DNA of 64,000 bases, taken from the NCBI GenBank assembly GCA_951406725.2, contig OX597817.1, forward strand, positions 68,696,001-68,760,000, in the 5' to 3' direction. A model generated the notes under the pieces. That model was not told where the DNA came from and did no database searches. It worked only from the letters and a program-made list of their open reading frames with translations. Position 1 is the stretch's first letter. The number at the start of each line of letters is the position of its first letter. The stretch comes from Octopus vulgaris. Its lineage: Eukaryota. The translations under genes were made by a program, and so were the position numbers. This document shows, one piece after another, positions 1 through 12,957 of the stretch.

Positions 1-1222
1 TCCTGATCCACAGTTTCTTCCCTAACCCTCCTCCCAGCCTGGCTTATTCCCCTGCTCTTGCCCATGCTGCTGCACTTGCCCTTACCTCTCCAACACCACT
101 ATCCTCACAAGCACCCATCATCATCCCTATCATATCACTGGCTCCTTTACATGCACTTCTAGCAATGTCATTTACTGCATCTCCTGCTCTTTCTGTCCTT
201 CTCTGTACATCTGCCAAACAGGACACCACTTGGCTGACCAGTTCATAGAACGCCTCTGAGACATTAGACTCGGTAACACCACCCCAGCTTCATGCCATTT
301 CTGGTCTACTGGTCATTCATTACAATACCTGTCTGTGTTTGGATTGTCTTTGCACAGGGGTCATCTGGACTCCTGCCTTCGCTGTGAACAGGAATTAATA
401 TTCTCTCTTTGCTCCTTTGTGCCACATGGACTCAACTCCCTTCCCTTCTTCATCTGACACCCCTCCCCTCATCATCTGACTCTCCTCCTCTCTCATCTCT
501 TCATCTCACACCTACTTCCTCTCTTCACTCCTACCCAACTCTCCTCTCCTGCCCTGACACCTACTTCCCCTCTTCACTCCTACCCATCTTCTCCCTTCAT
601 CATTACCCCTCCATCCCAACCGTACCATCCCAATACAACCCTCTCACACTACCCCTCCCACATCGTCACCCAAACCCCCAACTCACCCTTGCATCCCTAC
701 ACACTAATGCAACCATACCACACACCTGCACACCACAACATACAACACACCACACCACCCTGCACACACTAGCACTAACCACTTCCCAGCACCCACACCA
801 CATCATGACACACCAGACCAAACTACCTTGCACACCCTAGCACCGAAAACTTCCAAGCACCCATACCATCATCCATACACCTACACATGCAAACACTTAC
901 ATACTCTCACATAAACACGCATGCACACATTCCTTGCTCTCCTGTCTCATATAAACACACATACTCTCACATAAACATGCATACACACATTCCTTGCTCT
1001 CCTGTCTTACCACCTCCATCCAGCCAGCTGCCATGATTGACCACGAGCTGCTAAAGCTTTTCTTATTCTCTCTCTATTTATTTTCTCATATTCCTTTCTG
1101 TTGAAGAGTGTAGGCTCAAAATGTAAAAGACTTTCTCACCTTCCTGAGAGTTAAACTAATACACCTGTTTGTTGTTTATACACCTGTCTTCATCTTTTGT
1201 TTTTTTTTTTGTAAATTCCATC
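1..1222 (+). mobile_element. Penelope-like retroelement, 3' part (GIY-YIG endonuclease relic, C/A-rich 3' region, hammerhead-bearing tail, ends in (TA)n)
   Basis: Frame +2, 35-457, reads QPGLFPCSCPCCCTCPYL...FTCTSSNVIYCISCSFCPSLYICQTGHHLADQFIERL*DIR...HF...GHS...EQELIFSLCSFVPHGLNSLPFFI*. This is the PLE Cys linker plus GIY-YIG (VIY...YIGQT) plus terminal P.GLN motif, with one in-frame TGA at 257. The tail 1050-1222 matches 37085-37266. Confidence 0.85.
1093..1130 (+). ncRNA. Decayed minimal hammerhead motif, family A
   Basis: CCTTT CTGTTGA A GAGT-GTAG-GCTC AAAA TG TA AAAGA; a CpG-decayed version of 37130-37167. Confidence 0.55.
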
Positions 1223-1676
1223 TATATATATATATATGTGTGTGTGTATGTATATATATATACACACACGCATACATCCAATGCAAAGAAATAAGTTCCT
1301 CTAATAGGGATGTAAAACATCCAGTTTTCACTGATTAACTGTTCAATACCCAATATACAATATTTAGTAGAAACATTTCTCCAATATGAATAGGTATATA
1401 TACACAATATACAATAATAAAATGAAAATGGTGAGTTCAAATTGACATATGTTAATTATTAACATGATATTATATTATTATGACAATAATATAAAAATGA
1501 TTTCAAATTTCTCATATGTGATTTTCATTTGTTACTTGACAAAATTCTTACCCAAAATATTTCCATAATATGAATTTTATAAATTTATTGTTGGTTTTTG
1601 GGTTTGAATTGAAAGAATTGTAGGGATTTTATTTATATTTAATTTTACATTTTTATATTATTGTAATAATAGTATA

Positions 1677-2083
1677 ATACTCTTTTACTCTTTTACTTGT
1701 TTCAGTCATTTGACTGTAGCCATGCTGGAGCACCGCCTTTAGTCGAGCCAATCAACCCCAGGACTTATTCTTTGTAAGCCTAGTACTTATTTTATTGGTC
1801 TCTTTTGCCGAACTGCTAAGTTGCAGGGACATAAACACATCGGCATCTGTTGTCAAGTGATTTTGGGGGGACAAACACAGTGACACAAACACATACACAC
1901 ACACACATATATATATACATATATACGACAGGCTTCTTTCTGTTTCCGTCTACCAATTTCACTCAATGCTTTGGTTGGCCCGAGGCTATAGTAGAAGACA
2001 CTTGCCCAAGGTGCCATGCAGTGGGACTGAACCCGGAACCATTGGTTCATAAGCAAACTACTTACCACACAGCCACTCCTACA
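1677..2083 (-). mobile_element. tRNA-derived SINE family 1, near full length
   Basis: Reverse complement has A box TGGCTGTGTGG, B box GGTTCAGTCC, a CORE-like CCTTGGGCAAGT, an internal (TA/TG)n and a GTAAAAGA tail; collinear with 23000-23412. Confidence 0.9.
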
Positions 2084-4764
2084 AATTAACATATGTCAAT
2101 TTGAACTCTACGTTTTCCTTTTATTTACATACATACATACATATATATGTATGTATATACATATACATACATATATACTTGCATATATAAATATATGCAC
2201 ATATATACATATATATATAAATACATATGTATGCATATATATATTATATACATATGTGCATACATACACACACACATATACACACACATGTGCACCCATG
2301 CATGTATTTATATTGATATACATATAAACTATACAGATCTGTTAAATAGTACAAAGTTATTTAATTTTTGTTGTACTTTGTTCAATGTGATTTCTGTGCC
2401 AGTAGTTTTTAAATTCCTCCATTCAGCTTTGGTAACAACTGAAGAATAGTAACCATTATAATATCAGCACTGTGACACTCTTTCAGGCTAACTCTCAATA
2501 AAGATTAATGAATGCTGTCTACAGAATTGTCAATTCTAATCAAGTATAAGTGTAATAAGCTAGTTCTTGCTAGCAAATAATTCTATGCAATGGAATGACA
2601 GATGACAATGCTGATAAGATTAACAATATATATATATATATATAAAAAACATACTTAAGATCTCTTCCAGTTTAATATTCTGGACACAGCTAAATTAAAT
2701 TGTTAAGAGACAAATAAATAAGCTAGCATAAAACTATATTGATCTAGTGTTATATGTGATTTCCTTCATGTTTCATTTTATTATTATTATTTTTGTTGCT
2801 ATCATTATTCGTAGTAATAGTAGCATTAGTTTAAAGAATAATTGCAGGTGATAGAAGGCCAATAAGTGACAATGACACATCTGGTATAAGGTAAACAAAC
2901 AGAGTAAGATTAAGATATTTCTATTAAATTTCTAATGATGGAAAATTGATTTCTTTTTTGTCTTTTTTTAATTTTCAGATAACAACATAGTTCGTGTTCT
3001 TCCATATAAGTTTACTTATGCTGTGCTATGCTTATGAAGTTAAGGTGCTGGGATATTGACCTCATGATCATGAATACAAAACCCATTACTGTCACCATTG
3101 TCTTTGAATAAGTCATGTAACTTAGTCTGGAAAATAATATCAAAGAGTCATATTATCAAAGTCTCATTAGCACTTCATATCCAATTAACAAGGACTCCCT
3201 AACGAACACAATCAAACCTCTAATCTTTTCAACCACATTATCTTCTCACACAGCCTCTTTCACGCACAACTACAACAGCCTCTGCTCTTCAGAACTACCT
3301 AGTTTAATAGCACATCTTACCCAGGCTTCTCCATCCATTTGTACCTCCTTCTCCTCCTATCATCTACTTTGTGTCTCCCTTTCTCAGTCGCTACCCACAC
3401 CAACAACCCTTCCAAATATTTTGTCGCTAGAATGCCAACTTTCTAATATTCTCTGACTACCTATGTTTCACCTACATACAAAGACTTGCAGCTGAATTGT
3501 GAGCTGATTAGACAAAAATGCTCTATAGATTTTGTTTTGGTTGTTTACATGCTTAGTTTAAATTCAGTTGAGTCTCACTTTTCTCTTTCATCTTTCTGGA
3601 GTTGTAAAAATGGAGCCCCAGTTCAGGGTTATGAATTGATAAAGATATTAGAAGATTAGATCCTGAATAAGACAATAAACTTCATTTAGGGATGAGACTT
3701 TAACTCAGAGATTCAGGAGTTTGGGGGAGTAAAAAATTACTCCTTTGTCACCACTTCTCTCAGGTCTTCTCTGGCCCAAGGTGGTAGTACCTGTCAAAGG
3801 TCTCAATCATACGTCAGTTAGCAGAAGATGATTTTGGCATACAGAACTTGGTTGGAAGGCTGATCCTCTTAGAAAGGGTTCACATTGACCCACTGGTGAG
3901 AGGATAATCTCTGATGTCACTTGAACCGGTCTTCCTGCCTAATTGTTAAACAGATCCTTTGCCTCAATGATTAACTCAAGAGAGCAACAGTCTTGCAGAG
4001 TAAACTGTAAATAAACCAGTTGAAGAAGGCAACATGAAATCACTACTGTTTCTTACACAAGAAAATCATGAATATTCACTGATGCCTCAAGGCATGGCAC
4101 ACGAAAAGAGAGAACATTGGCAGGTATAAGTATTGATCAGCAAATTGTTTGCTGAAAGTATAAACAAAGCCAGTGGCTTGTTTGGGCTCAAAAGGTCAGG
4201 CTTCTCCCGGCTGAGAAGACACATGCTGAAACCTTATGTCCCAGAATCTCTTGTATTAATGAGTTGAGTGTGTTACGAAAACACAGTCATCATAAAAGCA
4301 AGAAGCACTCCTGCAACATACACAACAGTGACTGTCATATTTAGTGTTTGAATTTACTAAAATGTATCAAGAATAAATATGCAAATCGTTGTTTCAGATC
4401 TCACTGTAGAAAGTGTAAATAATTTTTTTTATTGGGCAAAGTATTTTGTGGCATCTGTCTTGGCTTTTTTGTAATTTGAATGCCCTAATCAGTGTGGTAG
4501 ACTTGTCTATATCTAGTCAATGAGATGGTATCTTTTAAAACTTTACCCCCTCAAAAAGGCAATTTCAAATAACTGTTGTTTTCTTCCATGAAAATTTCTA
4601 GACAAACACTTATCAAAGAAATCACCAGGAGTCATTCATGACCTTATAGCACAAAAAGGTAGGGCAGCTGTTCAAGTTGAACATCAACTGCATTAATGTG
4701 AGGAGATTGGAGGGTCTGGAGAACAGGATTCCATTCTTTTTTTATTAAAGCTCATTCTTTCACC

Positions 4765-5110
4765 TATCTTTAATAGTTTCAGCTCAAGAGCTGCAATCAT
4801 GCTGTGGCACCACTGTTAGTTTTGCTACACTTTCATTATTTGAAATCTCTTCTGATATGTGGCATTTGGTGAATAATGGAGTTTGGTTCATTTTATGTCT
4901 ATTTCACCATACAAGCAGCATAAGTTTGATGAATCTATTATTGTGGCCTTGTTTTCACAGATGATGCCTTGTTTATCATTAAACCATACCTGTTTTATAA
5001 GCAAGGGATCTCTTATTTCACATGGCTTTGAAGGTGCAAAGCCTGAGAATGATTTGTTGATAGAGGGAATGACACATCAAGGCTTGTAGTTAAATTATTG
5101 TTAGAGACGT
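4765..5110 (-). mobile_element. 3' end of a probable LINE sharing its tail with SINE family 1
   Basis: Minus strand ends GGTGCCACAGCATGATTG CAGCTC TT GAGCTG AAAC, versus the SINE tail GGTGCTCCAGCATGGCCG CAGTC AAAT GACTG AAAC; the upstream 300 bp is not SINE body. Confidence 0.45.
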
Positions 5111-5449
5111 GCAAACAAACTTAAACATAAATACACACACACACACGCCAAGTTTCTTTCAATCCCACCTATCAAATCAACTCACACAGCTTTATTCATC
5201 TTGGGGCAGAGCTTTAGTAAAAGATATTCACTCAATGTGCTGTGCAATGACCCTGAACACACAACAGTAAACTTCTTAACTGAAGAGTAAATTTCTTAAT
5301 CACACACCCACTACTGTATCATAAAAATATTGAACTGGGGAGATATCTGATAACTGTTCAAACACAAACCATTCAACTTATATTAGCAAAGAATAAAAGT
5401 ATGTACAAAATAAATTAGTGCAAAGGTCTCTTGAGCAAATGTTTTAAGG

Positions 5450-6085
5450 CTGGATCATTTTAAAGCAAGATCAAGTGGGAATGGTAGTAGGAAATATAAC
5501 ATATTGATAAAGCAATTTATTGAGTTTACACAGTAGCAATGTTATACATTGATTGGCAATAAGCATTGAATTTATGAAGACATTTGAGCCAGCAGTCCAG
5601 TACTTCAAACCTCAACTATTGCTAAATACATGATATATGTTACATTATAACTAGGAAGATTCCATGGAAATATTCTAGGATGTTATAAAGATATTTCTTA
5701 AATTCTTTGAAGATAGTCAAAGGAGGGGAATGTGTCCATGACATTTGCAGATCACACAACGACTTACTGCCATTAATTACAAGGAACATGGACAGACAAA
5801 CTGATAGGCTGCTGGTTATCTGGTCAGAAGTTTAAGGGTTCATATCTTATCAATGTTACCAAGTAGTTTCTACAGTCAGACACTAAACCAAACACCAGCC
5901 CAACATCAAATAAATGATAAAGAGGACAATTATCATATGTTGATGTCATATATATATATATATATATATATGAACAAATTTGGAAAGAATATAATCAATG
6001 CATTCAAAATGTGGGTGTATAGGAGAATGTTAGAAGTCTCATATGAGAAGCATCAGAGAAATGAGTGGGTATACAACAAATTTTT

Positions 6086-6090
<5 letters not shown>
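5450..6090 (+). mobile_element. Highly decayed RTE-type LINE RT and C-terminal relic
   Basis: Fragments MLYIDWQ*AL (FIDxxKAFD-like), FADHT (FADD-like) and INAFKMWVYRRMLEVSYEKHQRNEWV (AFEMWCYRRMLRISW..H.TNEEV-like). Confidence 0.5.
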
Positions 6091-6123
<33 letters not shown>

Positions 6124-6386
6124 GGGCTTCTTTCAATTTCTGTCTACCTAATCCACTTACAAGGCCTTGGTCGACCTGTGGCTATAGCAGAAGACACTTG
6201 CCAATAACGCCTTGCAGTGGGACTGAACTCTCTAAACCACTTAGTTGGGAAACAAACGTCTTAATCACACAGCCATACCTGTGTATCATAATATTGCATT
6301 TTATGGTAATAGGACAAATATTAATAAAGAATCATGTATGAGAAAGAGAGATTTAGAAATAAAAAAAAAGAGAATGTGTTTGTGCT

Positions 6387-6438
<52 letters not shown>

Positions 6439-7044
6439 AGAGAGAGATTGCACAATTATCTTTTTTAATTTCAAAGTATACTCATCTTTATTTTCACTTT
6501 TACTCTCACAATGGGTTTGAGGCAAATAATGTTGATTTATGTTTGTAATGCAACACTTACTGCGTTGTTAGTCTAAGCAGCAATGATCAGATAAGATTAT
6601 AACAATCAGAAAGATAAATGAAAGAGGATCTGTTATAAAATATACATAATGGCAGCTATATTTCATATAAGCTTGACTATAAAACAGCTATGAAGGTAAA
6701 GTGACCGGTATTGAGTGACTATAAAAAAAAAAGAATGCAAGAAGTTTATGTGTCCACATGGTAGGTTCTTTTTTCTTGTTATTTTGTAACAATCGCATTA
6801 TTATGTAATATGAAAGACTTTGTAGTACTTGAAATATATTATGTTATCTTTTTATTATGTGGACAATTTTCAGAACCTGATCCATCTTAAAATATATGTT
6901 GTATACATAAAACACACATACATATATTTATGTATATATATATATAAAGTGTGTGTGTGTGTGTGCTAGCATGGAAGGCAGACATTAAACGATGATGATG
7001 ATGATATAGATACACATAATATATGCATTATGTATGTGTGTGTG

Positions 7045-7093
<49 letters not shown>

Positions 7094-7137
7094 ATATACA
7101 CCATATGTTTGGATGTGCATGTGTATATATATGTATG

Positions 7138-7181
<44 letters not shown>

Positions 7182-7252
7182 CACACACATACATATACAC
7201 CATATGTTTGGATGTGCATGTGTATATACAAAGCATGTATATATATGTATTT

Positions 7253-7289
<37 letters not shown>

Positions 7290-8847
7290 TACACACACAC
7301 ACATATTTATGCATGTATGTATGTTAAAAATCCATAAAATATGAAGTCTGCATTCCATAAAAGGGATTTCAATATTTTTCCCTTGGAAACACACGCATCA
7401 TATTTCATATACATTTTTTTCCAATATTATACTCTATAAATATTTATATTGTATATTTTATATTAAACACCTAGTTGATATGTATCATATAAATATATCC
7501 TTATCATTATTGTTATCATCTCAAATATAATGAAATAAAACAGTACTGTATGCATAATGTGATATAAACATGTTATATGTGTAAGAAGTTAAATGTTCTT
7601 TTTTTATTATTTGGCAAGTTTGGTGGTGTTCAGAATCACCTAACAATTTGTTGAAGAAAACTGGTTTGAACATGAAACATTCCAAATGTGTACATTTTTC
7701 AAATGAAGTATGAATTTTTTTAAAAGAAATCGCTTTTGTTCTGCACACACTGATGAGAATCCAGGGAAATATATTTAAAATTTTGTCTCACAAAATGCAA
7801 CATTTATATATCATTATCATTGTTATGGTCACTGTTTTTAATCTCCGTTTATTCATGCTTGCATGGGTCAGGTAGAATACATTAAAGCAGGTTTTTCTTT
7901 TACAACCTGATGCCCTTCCTGTCATTGACCATCCCCTGTTTCCAAGCAAAGTAATATTTTCTCTACTGCTGGACATATTTTCATAGAAGACTGGAAGTGA
8001 GACACATTGCTTATATGAGACTGATACAAATACACAAACACTCATGTGCATGCACATATACAATGATCTTTCAATTTCTGTCTCCTAAATCCACTTACAT
8101 GCTTTTGATTGGCCCAAGGCTATTACAGAAGACACTTGCCTAAAGACTTGACCTAAAACCACACAGCCATTTTTGTGTCTATGTCTAAGAATTCAAGAGA
8201 GGGCACCACTGAGCTGATAAGGATGCTTTTACTGCCATAAGCAAGTATTTCTTCTTCACGGTAAACTGCTGTGAAATTGCCTTTAGAAGTTAAAATATGT
8301 CACAGGTGACATTACATTTTCTTTAGTCTTTTATATTAGATATCATCACTATCATTTTACACCTGCTTTCCATGCTGGCATGGGTTGTACAGTGAGACAA
8401 AATTTGGCAAGTCAAAGGACAACCTCTTGCTCCAGTGTCCCAGTTTTGCCTGAACCTTCTATGGCAGGATGCCAACCCTAATACCAATTACCTTACAGAG
8501 CATACTAGGTGCATATTTTTTTCATGTCATAGATGCTCTAAATGTTGTCTTGTCCTGTGTTTTAATTAAATTTATTTTTCCATTATAGTACGTCCATCCA
8601 AAGCTTCTCCATAAAATGGCTCTTCAAGTAATATTTATTAATCCACCCTATTGTGTTGCTCTTTGAAATAAAAATATAGATAAACATTTTTACTGCTGTC
8701 TTAGAATTGTGTGGCTCGTCCTGTCATTGGCTGAAATGTCAATGCTATTAGTATTATTTTGTCTTAATTTCTTTGTGCTTACTTAAACATTTATATTTGT
8801 GTCTTAGTTTGAGTTATTTTACTATTGCAATCATTACAATCTCAGAG

Positions 8848-9242
8848 ATTATAGTACGTCCATCCATTTGAATCATTTAATCCACTTGCTGGTGAATCAT
8901 GTCAGTTGTTGCAGTTTATGGTCTCTACAATGTCTGGTTTGTCTTCAATGCTGTTTTCTCCAAGTTCAAACTTCTTCCATCTGTACACGTTGCTTTTGTC
9001 AATGATGTCATCTCCATAAACAACCTGTAGCTTTCTGTGAATATTGGACAGCTGGCAACCATCTTTCATCAAAAACTAATTGAAGGTACACTGGTTCTAC
9101 TAAGAGCTTATTATTTGCCTACAAGCAATAATGTATACTATAGAGGAAGAGTTAGTGTACCAACATGTGCAATTTGAATGATTATGTTAGTTTATAAAAA
9201 ATCATTTCTACTTCTGCATTACTTTCGGTACTACCTCATGTA
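8848..9242 (-). mobile_element. Mariner relic, 5' TIR plus N-terminal HTH
   Basis: Minus strand starts TACATGAGGTAGTACCGAAAGTAATGCAG and encodes FLMKDGCQLSNIHRKLQVVYGDDIIDKSNVYRWKKFELGENSIEDKP. Confidence 0.8.
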
Positions 9243-9459
9243 CATATGCAGATGTGTATTTACACACACACATGCACACACACACACACATGTAAGTATG
9301 AGCCACTGAATTAGAGAGAGAGAGAGAGAGAGAAGGGGTGGTAAGTATCTGAGGTGGCAATATCTGTGTGCAAATGTATAATTATTCATGTGTTTGCAAA
9401 TGTAACTGCTTATGTACTTACATACACTGAGAAATAATAGGGAGATAGATAGATAGATT

Positions 9460-9504
<45 letters not shown>

Positions 9505-10336
9505 AGAGAGAGAGAGAGTGAAGGAGGAATGGAGAGAGAGTGAGAAGGAAGGGGGAGAGAGAAACTATGAATAAGAAGGCAAGTGGATTCTATAGATATT
9601 CTGTAAATAGATGCTGTTTCTGGTCAACTCCACCTCTCATATTTTAATATTGAAAGACGGGAAGCTGTATGAATTGCTAAATGGAATCAATAATCTCATT
9701 TTGGGTGATTTCTATTGAATTGCATTTATCCTGATTGGCAATAATTAAAGGCATTCTCCATCTCAACAAAATGTTTACTCATTATTCGCTTGAATAACGG
9801 ACCTGGTCTTATTGTTCTTTAATTGTTGCTGAAAATTACAGATGATGGAAACTTCAGTTATGGAAAGGACAGTTTTCATCATCATCATCATTATTATTAT
9901 TTTTATTATTGTTGTCGTTATTTCAGCTATTATATCAGTTGTCTTATTATTATTGTGTGATTGCACTGTACAACTCAGAGTAGCTTTGTGCACCTTAGAT
10001 ACGTGTTATCATCATCATCATAATTATTTTAGCTGTTTTATTATTAGTGTGCTTACATTGCACAATTGATAGCAGTTTTGTGCACCCTGGATGTTGCTGC
10101 TATTATTATAAGTGCAGTGAGCTGGCAGAATCTTTAGAGTATTGAATAAACTGCATTGTAGTATTTCATCTGAACTTTTATGTTGTGAGTTCAACTCTAA
10201 CCAGTCAATTTTACCTTTCACTCTTTTGGGAGTCAATAAAGTACCAGTCAAATACAGAGTCCTATGGAAGCAACTAATCACCACCTCAAAAGTGCTGGTC
10301 TTATACCTAAATCACTATCATTATCATCATCATTGT

Positions 10337-10680
10337 GAAGGCACATAGCTCAGTGGTTAAAGCTTTGGGCTCACAATCATGCAGTAGTGAGTTTGATTCC
10401 TGGACAGGGTTGCATGTTGTGTTCTTGAACAAGATACTTTTACTTCACGCTGTTCCAGTTCACTCAGCTGTAGAAATGAGATGCAACATCATTGATGCGA
10501 AGCTGTATCGACCTTTGATTTTTATCTTAGATAACATCGTTGATATGGAAAGGGGAGGAGTGATATACATGCATGACTGCTGGTTTTCCATAAACAACAT
10601 TGTCTGGACTGGTGCCTCGGAGGATAACTTTTTAGGTGCAATTCCATGGTCACTCCTGACTGAAAGGGGTCCTAAATCAT
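10337..10680 (+). mobile_element. tRNA-derived SINE family 3, old copy
   Basis: GAAGGCACATAGCTCAGTGGTTA...GTTTGATTCC...GTTCTTGAACAAGATACTTT...CCAGTTCACTCAGCTG; homologous to 19842 and 46003. Confidence 0.7.
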
Positions 10681-11010
10681 CATCATTATCACAATCAACA
10701 TTCCAGTTTTCTTGCACTATACAACTTTGAGATGTGCTGTACACCTTGGAGTATGTACAAGTTTGAATTTATATTTTCTATTTTATTGAAAGTACTCTGT
10801 ATGATATGTGTGCTGTGTCAGTTTGTGCTATTTTCTCTATATTGTTCATATATGTATAGGTTCAGAGATTTGGTTAAATATTTAACAACATCTTTTTTAA
10901 TAATCTCCCATGATATGGTTATTGGTATTGTTTCTGCTTTAATCCCCCATCATCTGGTTATCTCTATTTTCAGATTTGGATAATTTCTTTATATTATTAT
11001 TCCTTCATTT

Positions 11011-11235
11011 AAGGTGGTGAGCTGACAGATTTATTAAAACACGGTATAAAATTCTTAGTGGCATTTTGTCTGTCACTACATTCTGAGTTCAAATACAATT
11101 GAGGTCAACTTTGCCTTTCATCCTTTTGGGGTTGATAAAATAAGTACCAGTTGAGTACTGGGGTTGATGCAATTGACTTAACCCCTTCCCCAAAATTTCA
11201 TGTCTTGTGCCTATAGGAGAAAGGATTATTATTCT
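11011..11235 (+). mobile_element. SINE family 2 (GAGCTGGCAGAA head, conserved central domain, (ATT)n tail)
   Basis: Central motif GAGGTCAACTTTGCCTTTCATCCTTTTGGGGTTGATAAAATAAGTACCAG. Related copies near 10115, 12240, 27035, 30838, 30978, 31878, 32770, 51135, 61655 (+) and 23891, 63370, 63575 (-). Confidence 0.85.
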
Positions 11236-11431
11236 TCCACTTGAGGATTTTGTTAACACCAGATCATTTAATTAGCTCCCTATCAAATTATGCACCCCCA
11301 GGTAGGCAGTGCTTTCCTGCAGAAAGTACTGTTCCAAAAAGTGTTGATTTTTCTTTTGCAATGTCATGATGATAATGTTACTGAAGATTTTTCATCATCA
11401 CCCAAGTGCCAAAATTATGGAACACTTCACA

Positions 11432-12201
11432 TATGAGGTGGACTAGTTATGTTAAATAAAAAATAATTTATTTACTTAAGTTTTAATATCATCTTCTTTG
11501 AAATAGTCACCTTGTGCAGCAATACACTGGTCCAAGCATTCCTGTTCCTTTTGGAATCTGTTCTGGAAGTTGTTTTCTGTAAGTGAGGCAAGGACCTTCT
11601 GTGTTTTGCTCTGGATCTCAATGAAGGTATTAAAATCGCGACAGGTGCTAAATCTGGTGAATAGGGTGGGTGTGCAAATGATACTATGTTGTTCTGGGTG
11701 AGAAACTCATAAGTGAGAAGAGCTCTGTGAAGAATCTGATTCTTTGCCCTCCACAGATCCAGTCACTTTTGCTGAATGTCCTCCCTCAAACGTTTCAGAA
11801 CATTGCAGTAGAACTCTTGAATGATGGTCTAGCCCTGGGAGACAAGTTCACCGGGGGTGATTCTTATGTCAGATTTTCCACATTGCTTATCATCTTCCAG
11901 AGGTGTTCTTTTACTTTTGAAGGTTCTATGCCACTCAAAACAATGTGTGTGACCCATTGCCAAGTTTAACACAAAATTTCACATTGGCTCCTTGTTCTTG
12001 TCCATGATAAAATTGCAGACTACGGCATACACATGATCACAAAAACACAAATTTCACAACTTGCAAAGTAAACGCAGCAATGCCACTCAGCACACTGCCT
12101 CATGAAGGTTACTGCAAGCTTGCACTGGACATGCAACTCTGTGCTGCCATCTGTTGGCATGCTACAGAACTAGTCTGGAAAGTTTTTGATACCACTTCAT
12201 A
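11432..12201 (-). mobile_element. Internally deleted mariner element
   Basis: Ends TATGAGGTGG / CCACTTCATA (TIR plus TA). Minus strand encodes QEFYCNVLKRLREDIQQK, EFLTQNNIVSFAHPPYSPDLAP and DQCIAAQGDYFKEDD. Confidence 0.85.
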
Positions 12202-12462
12202 ATTGCTTGTCATCCTTTATTCTCATCATCATCCTCCTCAAAGCAGAGAGCTGGCAAAATTCTTAGCACACTCAACATTTCTTTTGATTCTTTATGTTCT
12301 AAGTTTAAATGCTGCCAAGTTGACTTTGCATCTCACCCTTTCTGGGTCAGTAAAATAAGTACTAGTTGAGAACTGAAGTCAGTGTAACCAACTAGCAGCT
12401 CCTCACAAAACTTCAGGCTTTGCACCTATAATTGAAAGGATTATTATTATTATTATTATTAT

Positions 12463-12859
12463 TGAGTGAGAGAGCAGTGCATGCCATCAAAGTGACCCTG
12501 GGGTACAATTATTTGAAACCCAATATACCCATTATGACTACCCATCTGATAAGGGTACACCAGGCACATGCATCACAAGGTTATCTCATATCAAGATAAA
12601 CAGCGCATGACCTTGCAGGTGGGTCCCAATTAGAATTTTCTTCTGGTCGAGTAGCCCATCCCACTCAAAAGGTCCCTGAATAAGGATTGTTTAAGGATGC
12701 TGAATGAACCACCCATGTTGCCAAAGGTGAATTATCCAAACCTCCAAGAATTCCTTTCAACACATGGCTATGATGCTCCCCCACTACTTCTGCTCATGGT
12801 CAGAGATGCACATAACATCAGCCACTAAGGGACATGGTCAACTGGTTAAGGTCAAACAA

Positions 12860-12860
<1 letters not shown>
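12463..12860 (-). mobile_element. Interspersed repeat embedded in (ATT)n, probable non-LTR UTR or non-autonomous derivative
   Basis: Flanked on both sides by (ATT)n; 12588-12780 recurs inverted at 63808-64000, which is also next to ATAATAAT. Confidence 0.7.
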
Positions 12861-12903
<43 letters not shown>

Positions 12904-12909
12904 TATTAC

Positions 12910-12957
<48 letters not shown>

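Noticed and set aside
409-840. 143-aa ORF rich in P/S/H/T
   Set aside because: Low-complexity 3' region of the PLE; the real coding relic is in a different frame (35-457).
6966-7394. Long ORFs rich in YI/CV/HT/LS repeats (also 25782-26568, 28814-29326, 39484-40055, 53794-54154 and others)
   Set aside because: Translations of stop-free microsatellites; not proteins.
7750-7800. CTGATGAG motifs here and at about 20389, 21041 (minus), and TGAAGAT at about 48867
   Set aside because: No complete GAAA and helix arrangement; they may be decayed ribozymes but cannot be supported.
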